A stretch of DNA of 63,632 nt, the filler included, from Octopus bimaculoides (taxonomy: Eukaryota): the NCBI RefSeq assembly GCF_001194135.2. It is 4 parts of 4 records of this genome, joined end to end, with 100 filler letters (N's around TTAATTAATTAA, not from the genome) between each part and the next. Parts side by side here need not be neighbours in the genome. Positions count along the whole stretch, not along the records: positions 39,939 to 61,279 come from NC_068997.1; 3 more parts are not named here. One strand, written 5' to 3'. A program made the translations under genes and the position numbers. Positions 40,509-50,519 of the stretch are shown one piece after another; positions within the stretch are counted from its first letter, which is position 1, and each line of letters opens with the position of its first letter. The notes under the pieces are model-generated. The model was not told the DNA's origin and searched no databases. It worked only from the letters and a program-made list of their open reading frames with translations.

Positions 40509-41423
40509 TTAATTTATTTCAGTTAACTCGTGCGAGGGATGACCGTTAGATTTTGTATATTTCCTTGAACATAAATTCCGAATACTTTGTCTTATAGTGG
40601 CATCGAAAAGCCACAGAAACGGTAAAAGCAGGAAGATGACAATATTTGTAACCCGATCAATGACAAAAAAATTAGCATGCATTAGTCCCACAAACCCAGC
40701 AACAATCATATTGTTTAGAAAGTATAAAATTACAGTCACTATTGTAATAATAATCAAAGTTATCACTTGTGATTTCATCATCTCTTGTTCTTTACTCTTG
40801 ATGGCAATGTAGATCAGGAAGCCTATAAAGACTAACATTGCAATCAACAACAGAATACTTATTACAAACTGAGCAACAATGGCACTGTTATAGTAGGAAA
40901 CATAGCAGCCATTTGAAGGTTGGTGTGAAAAAGCTAGAATGATTACCAAAGTTTTGATACTAATAAAGACCCACAAAATTCCTATCAATACGGATTGGAT
41001 AATTAGGAAAATTTGATTTTCGTATCTGCTTGGCCTAAAATACTTCACGATAAACTCGCAGCAAAGAGGTATAAGGAAATACTTATCACCTTCGTTAACC
41101 GTGTAAGCTAATATAACGATGAATAGGCAATGAGATTTTGGCAAATCTCGAACTATAAAGACATGCAAACTCTGGAAATAAGCAAACAAAGCAACGAGAG
41201 CATAGTTCAGAAAATAGTTCAGTAGTGACAAAGAGCGCGTTTTCCCATGAGATTTACGATCTAGGAAAACGGCGACTATTAGAAATATGTCGAACAGGAC
41301 AACTATGATAATCGATATACACATGAATATGTTCAACCGTCCAAAGGCATCATTTCGGAAAACTTCGTATTCGTATTCGTATTCGAAATGGTAATCGTAG
41401 CTCTGGTTAGTCGTCACTTCCAT
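40509..41423 (-). CDS. Divergent rhodopsin-like 7TM receptor, paralogue 1 (304 aa)
   Basis: Seven hydrophobic segments, Cys at the start of TM3 (HCL) plus ECL2 Cys, W4.50 (GILW), CEFIVKYFRP at the DRY/ICL2 position, LPFLW at NPxxY, helix-8-like TIRQSIRNL, NQS sequon. Start placed at ATG 41423 by alignment with paralogue 2; the ORF-track start 41471 is a TTG within a probable intron. Confidence 0.9.
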   Translation of the reverse strand: MEVTTNQSYDYHFEYEYEYEVFRNDAFGRLNIFMCISIIIVVLFDIFLIVAVFLDRKSHGKTRSLSLLNYFLNYALVALFAYFQSLHVFIVRDLPKSHCLFIVILAYTVNEGDKYFLIPLCCEFIVKYFRPSRYENQIFLIIQSVLIGILWVFISIKTLVIILAFSHQPSNGCYVSYYNSAIVAQFVISILLLIAMLVFIGFLIYIAIKSKEQEMMKSQVITLIIITIVTVILYFLNNMIVAGFVGLMHANFFVIDRVTNIVIFLLLPFLWLFDATIRQSIRNLCSRKYTKSNGHPSHELTEIN

Positions 41424-41456
41424 ATTGCTTTTTAGGTAGTTAAAATCGTCACAAGT

Positions 41457-41475
41457 CTGAAATGGAGACAATTAA
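41457..41475 (-). promoter_or_regulatory. Probable 3' splice acceptor of a 5'-UTR intron (paralogue 1)
   Basis: ttgtctccatttcag| lies 33 nt before the ATG, the same spacing as ttcctttactgtcttcatttcag| in paralogue 2 (47734). Confidence 0.65.
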
Positions 41476-42037
41476 AGCAATCAAGATACCAACCAGTTAA
41501 ATTCTATATCTTTATATACTTACAATGGTAATTGAATTATAATAATAATTATTTAATAAAATAAAACAATGAGAGATAGCAATTAGCAAGAATTAGTTAT
41601 AGACACATTTAATAAAGGTCTGTTCTTACTATAACTATGTGTGTGTGAGTCTAACTGCAAAACATACATTGTAGTCTCGTATAACCAAATTTTATTCTCG
41701 TTGAATCTGATATATCAGAAAAATGGATCAAAGAAATGAAAATAAAGTGAAAAGCCCCTCAGTTGAACACAGTTTATCTGCAACCCCCAAATTCTAGGAA
41801 AACAGAGCATAACATTGACTTTTATATTGTAGATTTCCTTGTCGGCTAGTCGAAGTAAACGACTTTTGGATGTAATGAACTAAAAGGGATAGAGACTGAT
41901 GAAATCTCTACGGCACAGTTTAGAGTCTCGCATGAAGAAATGTAAAATTTTTTGTGTCTCTGGCTTTCAGAAAGTTAGTTAACATAATACAGGTAGAACG
42001 AGGAAGTGCTTTGTTAAGCACAATTTACGAGGCAAAT

Positions 42038-42287
42038 TGTTATGTTTCCCTCGGGTGACTCGCAGAGATAACACAACGAGTTATACATTTATTGTTCAAT
42101 TACATACAAAGAACGCACTCACCCAATGTTCGTTATGAATAAACAAAAGTCATGTCCGCCATATATATATCAATGACCTTTTACTACGACAGTCCCACAA
42201 GACAACAACAATGAAACAATGAACTCAGACGAACCACATGACACACGGAACGTCAGACGAATTACATATCTAACAGTCCATATAACA
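42038..42287 (-). mobile_element. Solo LTR, 250 bp
   Basis: TGTTAT...ATAACA termini and an exact 5-bp target-site duplication CAAAT (42033-37, 42288-92). On the minus strand a TATATATA (~42162-69) precedes AATAAA (42088-93). Confidence 0.85.
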
Positions 42288-42578
42288 CAAATAATTTCAC
42301 CACATGCATATCTAAAACTTATCCAGACAAGGGGGTTGAACTTAAAAATAGAGGACTAAAAACCATCGCTACTTGAAAACAGGCAATGAACTGGTGCCAC
42401 CAGGAAATCTTTTGAACGGATTAAAAAGCTTTATACAAAAATTAATCCTTACGTGGATTACTGTTTTGTAAAAAAAAGTTGTATTGTTGGAGAAAGCATC
42501 AAACGTTTATACGTTGAAGAAAAAGACATGCAGCATAACGTTATCTTATAAAATTAATATTTAACCCCCCCTTCCTAC

Positions 42579-42622
<44 letters not shown>

Positions 42623-42949
42623 ACAAGGGGTAAGTCTGGTCCCAAAATATAGAATCTCTTACAGATAGAAGCTAAATAAATCGCCGCTCCCCTAATTAGC
42701 ATTGTGACCTTTAATAAGCGGTGTGTAATAAGTGACATGGATGTGACAAAATATTCTACAAAAAAGCTTATTTAGTCACTCCCCCAACAAGCCTGATTAT
42801 TCTTGTTATCTCAAATACTGGGTAATCAGTCTCCGAAGAACCGAATTGCGTATAGCTCACAAGGATATTCTAGATATTTAAATACACTTGATAAAATATC
42901 AAACATTATTTATAGAATAATGCTCCGTAACGTGAGCCTCAAGACTCCT

Positions 42950-43300
42950 CACAGGCGCCATCTCCAAAACATACAATATAACCCATAATTCTACTTACAA
43001 TGCCATAAACACAGAAACAAAGGAGCTAGCTACCCGCCTTAATACAGAGTATCGCATGGACTGGCTTGCTAGGCGACTCCCCTGCCCATATATTACCCTT
43101 AAGGACCGTAATCCCAAATGCAGGCTGATCAACCCCTCCAAAACGAAATAAGTACCGTTAGCAAGTGTTATGGGTTCAGTGGCCATCTGTCGTTCATCAA
43201 CACTGTATTTAAGACTCGACTACTACAAGATGATCTAGCTAAGATAATGAGCGAAATGTCATTTATGTACCCTGAAACCATGCTGTGTTACCTCTCAAAG
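42950..43300 (+). mobile_element. Penelope-like element RT N-terminal remnant
   Basis: INTETKELATRLN and YITLKDRNPKCRLINPSK..EISTVSK resemble the PLE motif FITLKDHK..NPKCRLINPSKSEIG.ISK. Confidence 0.6.
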
Positions 43301-43584
43301 TTTGCTTTCCTGCCATGTGATAACGATTACAAATAAAATAGTTATTTCCCCCTTTAAGAAAAAAAAATTAAATTGAAAATGTCGACACTTCAAAAAGTCG
43401 TCGGTAGCTACCGCTGTCCGCCCTTTTCTCTTTTTTCTTCCCTTAATCATTAATACAACTTTCGTGTCACGTAGACTGAAAGAAAGAAATTTATGAGATA
43501 TTTTTGGAATCACGGGTACTTGATATTTTTTCCTTAAAGGGGGAAAAATTACCATTTTATTCAAAATAAAATATTTATCTTATC

Positions 43585-44125
43585 TTAGTCAAGAGGCAGT
43601 AAAAACAGAAACCATTTCGAACAAATGAACCCTAGGACTTATCATTTTTGAAGCCTAGTACTTATTCTATCGGTAACTTTTGCCGGACTGATAAGTTACA
43701 GGGACGTAAACACACCACCACCGGTTGTCAAGCGGTGGTGGAGACAAACACAGGCACAGAGACACACACACATTGACATTGACATAAAAATACATATATA
43801 GCTTAGACAACTGAGGTTTCGGCCAGTATAGGCCCATGCCATGTCTAACATAGCACTACTTGGTGAAGTCTTTTAGTCATACGTGGGGCACCATGGCCCA
43901 TTCTAGCAAAGAGTTATTATTGTTGGAGACATTTTCGGATGTAGGAGGTTGGTCCGGGATTTTTTTGAGAAATTTGTCCAGAGAACTTTTGAATTTTATG
44001 GGATCAGTTTCCGTTTTGATGCGTCTACCAAATCCCCTCACAATGCTTTGGTCAGCCTGAAGCTACTGTCGAAGGTGCCACGCAGCGGGACCCAACCTGA
44101 ACCATGTGGTTGAGAAGTAACCCCT
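43585..44125 (-). mobile_element. CORE-like SINE interrupted by a 5'-truncated CR1 3' end (~43797-44020)
   Basis: SINE head 44021-44125 and tail 43585-43770; the insert translates IKTETDPIKFKSSLDKFLKKIPDQPP...NSLLEW (CR1 C-terminus). Confidence 0.75.
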
Positions 44126-44242
44126 CGATATAAAGTATGGGGGATTACATATGATGGAAAAAAAGAAAAAAACGTATATACGGTATACATTAAGAGAAGG
44201 GAAGTATACATAGTATACGGCATCAGAAGAAGAAGAAGAAGA

Positions 44243-44301
<59 letters not shown>

Positions 44302-44580
44302 AAGAAGAAGAAGTAGTAGAAGAAGAAGAAGAAGAAGAAGAAGAAGAAGAAGAAGAAGAAGAAGAAGAAGAAGAAGAAGAAGAGAGTGAGGTGCTGTCCT
44401 CGAGAGAATTTATGAAAAAGTAGGTGAAAATTAGGAAAATGACAAGAGTGGAACCATTCTCAGTGTAGATCTTTGAGTCGGAAGAAAGAAGCTGGAGAGG
44501 ATACTCGTCCTTGGTATCCAGGGTGATCATGGATGGTAGGGTTCCACGATTATCGCTGGAGGTCCTCCTGCATCAGAAGG
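44125..44580. mobile_element. L1/Tx1 3' fragment with internal inversion and microsatellite expansion
   Basis: 44389-44580 (+) matches 15073-15270; 44388-44125 (-) matches ~15281-15400, with (TTC)n(CTA)n expanded in its pyrimidine tract. Confidence 0.75.
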
Positions 44581-46794
44581 AAACCTATCCTGATTTGGTG
44601 TGAATTAATAATCGAATTTCTTGGGAAGACCTTTGTCGTCTTACATTTCATTTCCACTAAATATATCTATTTCCATGCCTTTAAGCTTTATTCTAATTCA
44701 CCTATCGCTCCATATCTCTCCACTATTAGTTTTCTGCTAATTTCTTTCTTTCTCCTTCTCTTTCTATAAACCACCTTGACGTTGTATCTACGAACGGTTT
44801 TTTAAGAAAAACTTGCTTGCATTCCCTTCATCATATACGCAGTCATCACATTCCGTTAAAATGCCTTATTGATGTGTTTGGTTTCTTTCTTTCCCTGATA
44901 AGAAGATTGCATTGTTTTACACCATTTTATTCCTTCTGGAATAATACCAATGTTTTCTTCAAAACATATGTCGGAAGTAAAAGGATTTGAATAACACCTG
45001 TGTTTCACTCTATTCATTTATTTATTCATTTATTTATTTATTTATTTATTTATTTATAATATACAAAAAAAATTAATCTAAACCTGGAGTTTCTACCTTT
45101 ATAAGTAGGCTGTTACATCCTTGGTACTTGCGTGAATTTTTGCTACACTGGTAACTATTTATTTATCTTTTCCGTGTAATTTGTAAACATTGAAAAAACA
45201 CTCATACATACATACATACATACATACATACATACATACATANNNNNNNNNNNNNNNNNNNNNNNNNNNNATATATATATATATATATATATACATATAT
45301 ATTTATATACATGCATATATGGTACATATATGAAATTAAAATTCAATTCATGGAGAAACATTTTCCTTAATAGGGATGGAAATCATCCAATTTTTCCCTG
45401 GTATGGCAATATGACAGAGATTTAAAACGCTTTCACAACTTTAATGGGCATATATTCAATATACAAAAATTAAAAGAAAACGGAGAGTTACGACTGACAT
45501 ATTTTAATTTATTAACATATTTTTGTTACTATTATAATATAATATAACATGAATACGAATATTAATCCTACATATTGTTTCGATTCAGACCCAATAATGA
45601 ATTTATAAAAAATCCGTGTTTATGGGTAAAAATCTCATTTGACAAAATTTGACAAAAATTTCATATGTGCGATGTTAGATCCTAGAATCGACTGAATTAA
45701 ACTTGCTTATGTTTATAAGCAAGAGCGTCGATAATTTATATAGCTAACAAAAATTAAAAAAAACATTTTTAGATATATAATAAAAATATATAATAAAAAT
45801 CAAAAATCAAAATAAATAAATAAAATAAATAAAAATAATATAATGGTTGTAAAATATGATAAGAATATTAATCTAAATATATTCCTGCGCATTATTTTTT
45901 TTATCTAAAAAAGAACCTAAATAATATGCTAAGAATTTATGGCGAAGTAGGAAATATCTTCCATACTATTAGGAAAAATGCATGTTATTCATACAGTATA
46001 TTCTGAAAAATTCGTTAATCTCAAAAAAAACAACGTGTTATTAATCATGGCTAAATAGCAAAAAAAACCCAAAACAATTAAAGTACTTCATTACCAATAG
46101 GTTAACACTAAATGATATTATAAATTACACTATATTCATTATTTATAATCACCTGTAGTAGAAATGCAATCAAAATTTAAAATTACGTAGTTTTATTAAG
46201 AAATCATAAATACATATTATATAATAACATTATTATAATATAATTGTATACATTTTCTAAAGTCATTAAAAACTTTTAATCAACTATTTATTCATTCAAA
46301 AATTTTTTATTCTAAATACGGCGATATTAATTTTATAAACTTATGATTATTTATTACCTATACTAACTTGTACATAAAGAAATAAATGAATTATCAACAA
46401 TATATAGGTGTATGTGTGTGCGTTTTAATAATTAAGCCAGAGAAATTATAAAAACGAATAACGCAGCTCAATAGCTTGTATATTTACTTGCTATATACAT
46501 GTATGCGTATCATATGGCCATCATACATGTAACGAATGACTAACTATAGGTAGTCCTATAATTCTAATGCCTATAAGTTCCATTTACGTGCAGCTTTATA
46601 TATATATATATATATATGTATTGGAAAGCCTTTGTGAACAATTGGCTAATACAGGTTTTAAGTATAAAAGGGAGCTTTTAAAAAGTATTAGTTTTTAAAA
46701 AATGTTATAAATCTTTTATCAGGATGTTACTAACCATTGTTAGAAGACGTTTTTTTTCCTAGATACAATGCTATTTTCACATCGCTTTATAAGA

Positions 46795-47700
46795 TTAATT
46801 TATTTCAGTTAACTCGTGAGAGGGATGATCTTTATGCTTTTTACATTTCTCTGAGCATAATTTCCGAATACTTTGTCTTATAGTGAAATCAAAAGACCAC
46901 AGAAACGGCAAAAGCAGGAAGCTGCCAAGACTCATGACTCGATACATGACGAATAAAGGAGAACGGTAATGCCCCATAAACCCAGCATCGTTAAGAGTGG
47001 TTAAAATTAACAAAATTATAGTCACTGCAGTAATAATAATCAAAGTTATCAATGGTGATTTCATCATCTCTTGTTCTTTACTCTTGATAGCAATGTAGAT
47101 CAACAGGCCTATAAACACTAACATTGCAATCAACAACAGAATACTTATCACAAATTGAGCAACAATGGCATTAATATATAAGTAAAAAAAGCAACTATTA
47201 GTAGAAAGGTTGGAAAAAGCTAGTATGAGTACCAAATTTTTGATACAAATAAGGACCCACAAAATCCCTATCAATACGGATTGGATAATTAGGAAAATTT
47301 GATTTTCATATTTGCTTGGCCTAAAATATTTCATAATAAAGTCGCAGCAAAGTGGGATAAGGAAATACTTATCACCATCGTTAACCACAAAAGCTAATAT
47401 GGTGATAAATAAGCAGTGAGATTTTGGCAAGTCTCGAACTATAAAGACATGCAAACTCTGAAAATAAACAAACAAAGCAACGAGAGCATAGTTCAGCAAA
47501 TAGTTCAGTAGTGACAAAGAGCGTGTTTTCCCGTGAGACTTGCGATCTAGGAAAATGGCAACCATTAGAAATACGTTGAACAGGATAACTATGATAATAG
47601 ATATACAGATGAATATATTCAACCGTCCAACTGCATCATTTCCGAAGACTGAAACTTTGTAGTCGTAATCGTAGCTGTAATTAGCTGACATATTTTCCAT
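46795..47700 (-). CDS. Divergent rhodopsin-like 7TM receptor, paralogue 2 (301 aa)
   Basis: Intact ORF, colinear with paralogue 1 over 284 aa (217 identical by hand count); N1.50 (LFNVF), C3.25, CDFIMKYFRP, W4.50, ECL2 Cys, LPFLW; NMS/NYS sequons. Confidence 0.92.
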   Translation of the reverse strand: MENMSANYSYDYDYKVSVFGNDAVGRLNIFICISIIIVILFNVFLMVAIFLDRKSHGKTRSLSLLNYLLNYALVALFVYFQSLHVFIVRDLPKSHCLFITILAFVVNDGDKYFLIPLCCDFIMKYFRPSKYENQIFLIIQSVLIGILWVLICIKNLVLILAFSNLSTNSCFFYLYINAIVAQFVISILLLIAMLVFIGLLIYIAIKSKEQEMMKSPLITLIIITAVTIILLILTTLNDAGFMGHYRSPLFVMYRVMSLGSFLLLPFLWSFDFTIRQSIRKLCSEKCKKHKDHPSHELTEIN

Positions 47701-47733
47701 ATTATCTTTTGGGTAGTTAAAATTGTCTCAAGC

Positions 47734-47756
47734 CTGAAATGAAGACAGTAAAGGAA
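47734..47756 (-). promoter_or_regulatory. Probable 3' splice acceptor of a 5'-UTR intron (paralogue 2)
   Basis: Polypyrimidine tract + CAG, 33 nt upstream of the ATG, conserved with paralogue 1. Confidence 0.65.
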
Positions 47757-48134
47757 ATGAAGAAATCTGAAATGAAGAAAAATTTCATTATATAATTGTA
47801 ATGGTAATTGAATTATTAGAAAAATTATTTAATAGAGTAAAACATTGGGAGTCATTCATTAATAATAATTAGTTATAGATGCGTTAAAGTAAAATCTGTT
47901 GTTGCATTATGTGCGTGTGAAACTAATCACAAATTTGTTATTATGGCTTCATTTCTATAAAGGGTTGAAACCATTCCACAAAACATACATTGTAAATAAT
48001 CTTAGGAAACGCATGAATGTCAAAACATAACATTGACCACATCTATAAAGTATAATGGTATGTGGCTTAGGCGTAGAAAACGAAAATCTGCATTGAGGAA
48101 ATAGTGTTGTAAACGTGGTTAAGAAGATGAAATG

Positions 48135-48191
<57 letters not shown>

Positions 48192-48521
48192 CAAATTTGA
48201 TGTTGGAAATGCACCTAAATTTGAAAAACTCGTAACTGTTTAAAATACATTTATTTACATATATACCAAACTAGTTTTAACAATATTGAGTGCAAAGGAT
48301 ACAGAATATGTGTTTATATGTCAGTATACACTTGAACTCGCGCGAGCAGACACACACGCACACACACACACTCTCTCACACACAAAAACACTCACACACA
48401 CACATATATATGTATATGTATGTGTGTATCTGTGTACATATGTATGTGCGTATATATATGTGTGCGTGTGTGTGTGTAAACATATGCGTATATATATATG
48501 TGTGCGTGTGTGTGTGTAAAC

Positions 48522-48569
<48 letters not shown>

Positions 48570-48579
48570 NNNNNNNNNN

Positions 48580-48619
<40 letters not shown>

Positions 48620-48913
48620 GCGAGAGAGTTAGGGGTTGAGACTTTAACCCACTAAGGGATAGTATCAATCCAATATACTGCTGGGAAGGTACCCAATTAT
48701 TGTTACACTAGTGTTATACCAAGTGTAATAAGTGGGTGCGAGTAAAAAGGGGTTATTTTACCCTAAATTTATATAGCAATAAGAAAATGGAGAAGAATAT
48801 TCTGTATCCATCGACTTGCAGACAGTGTATTCCATTGAATTAATTTGTTCATTTTGTAACTAAAATGACAAAAACCACAACATACAGATGCTAATGACAT
48901 ACCATGTCATATT

Positions 48914-49009
48914 AACAATTAAGGTTACAAATATAAGTTGCCGAAACAATTAAGGTTACAAATATAAGTTGCCGAAACAATTAAGGTTACAAATATAAGT
49001 TGCCGAAAC
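48914..49009. repeat. 3 x 31-bp perfect tandem repeat
   Basis: aacaattaaggttacaaatataagttgccga starts at 48914, 48945 and 48976, directly abutting the hammerhead-bearing element. Confidence 0.95.
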
Positions 49010-49011
49010 CC

Positions 49012-49338
49012 AACAGATGTATTCCACTGAATATAAGTAAATAAACCTTCGAACAGACGGTCAGTAGCGATGCCTGCTGGGTTTCGGCTACTCTACATTA
49101 ATAAGGAGTAAATACCCCGAAACTAGTCTGTGGATGCCAAACCAGCAAGGAGAAGCTGCTGACCTCCCCTGTTCGAAGGTTATAATGAACACAGGTTTGT
49201 GTGTCACATAGCTAGCTAGAGGCGATGGCCTCTTGGAGCTAATCAACGGTAGCATTCGTCCTATTTTCCTGGACTGCCATGTTATCTTGGTGATAACTAT
49301 TAATATCCAGTACCGCTGCCGTAGTCTCCTTTAGAGAG
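49012..49338 (+). mobile_element. Hammerhead-bearing ~325-bp repeat, copy 2
   Basis: Homologue of 39939-40262 in the opposite orientation; ends gtagtctcctttagagag. Confidence 0.75.
49092..49134 (+). ncRNA. Degenerate type I hammerhead motif (G5A, probably inactive)
   Basis: UCUACA-UUAAUAA-GGAGU aaau ACCCC-GAAA-C ua G-UC-UGUGGA; stem I kept with different pairs (incl. U-G); U3/A8 shared with copy 1. Confidence 0.55.
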
Positions 49339-49361
49339 ATTTAGAAATATTAATATTTCGA

Positions 49362-49392
<31 letters not shown>

Positions 49393-50519
49393 GAGTAAAA
49401 ATAAATACAAAAAAGGTGGGGGTTTTTGTATGATTGTGTATAGAGGAATATATTATTTTGTTTAAAAGAGTTCCAACACTGTCTGTTTTTTATGTTTTAT
49501 TTATATTNNNNNNNNNNNNNNNNNNNNNNNNNNNNNNNNNNNNNNNNNNNNNNNNNNNNNNNNNNNNNNNNNNNNNNNNNNNNNNNNNNNNNNNNNNNNN
49601 NNNNNNNNNNNNNNNNNNNNNNNNNNNNNNNNNNNNNNNNNNNNNNNNNNNNNNNNNNNNNNNNNNNNNNNNNNNNNNNNNNNNNNNNNNNNNNNNNNNN
49701 NNNNNNNNNNNNNNNNNNNNNNNNNNNNNNNNNNNNNNNNNNNNNNNNNNNNNNNNNNNNNNNNNNNNNNNNNNNNNNNNNNNNNNNNNNNNNNNNNNNN
49801 NNNNNNNNNNNNNNNNNNNNNNNNNNNNNNNNNNNNNNNNNNNNNNNNNNNNNNNNNNNNNNNNNNNNNNNNNNNNNNNNNNNNNNNNNNNNNNNNNNNN
49901 NNNNNNNNNNNNNNNNNNNNNNNNNNNNNNNNNNNNNNNNNNNNNNNNNNNNNNNNNNNNNNNNNNNNNNNNNNNNNNNNNNNNNNNNNNNNNNNNNNNN
50001 NNNNNNNNNNNNNNNNNNNNNNNNNNNNNNNNNNNNNNNNNNNNNNNNNNNNNNNNNNNNNNNNNNNNNNNNNNNNNNNNNNNNNNNNNNNNNNNNNNNN
50101 NNNNNNNNNNNNATTTTTGATACACACAGAACAAAAAACAGTAGAGAAGAGTAAAAAAACCACCTGCCTTTAGTTAATTTAGTTAGTACGATCGTTTCAC
50201 AGTTAAGAGTAAAGAATACTCTATTCTGATCTTCAGCTAAATATTCTAATAAATTTGTTAATGTCTAAATAACTCACGTTAATTTTGACCATGCGACATC
50301 AATACCACGTGAGGAAGACGTTAAGAAATTTATCGGCCAGTGAGTTCAAAATCTCTCACCCTAATGAATTCAATTCAGTGTGCATCACAAATAGTCCCGC
50401 ATAGAAAAGAGACCCGTACGAACTTCTTGCGGTTTAACTATTCACCTTAGAGGTATTATTAAAATATAGATATGCAGGGCAGGGAATCGTCAATAAATAG
50501 AATAAAGAAACTAAGTAAA

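Noticed and set aside
41424-41471. N-terminal extension MSPFQTCDDFNYLKSN of receptor 1 in the ORF track
   Set aside because: It starts at TTG, spans the probable splice acceptor, and has no counterpart in paralogue 2.
44063-44530. 155-aa ORF with poly-Ser/poly-Thr
   Set aside because: It is a translation of the (TTC)n(CTA)n microsatellite within an L1 fragment.
45400-46600. Extremely AT-rich stretch as a possible mitochondrial insertion
   Set aside because: No mitochondrial ORF, tRNA or rRNA motif recognised by eye.
48914-49009. 31-bp direct repeats as a possible CRISPR-like array
   Set aside because: The repeats are contiguous with no spacers, in eukaryotic DNA; this is a plain minisatellite.
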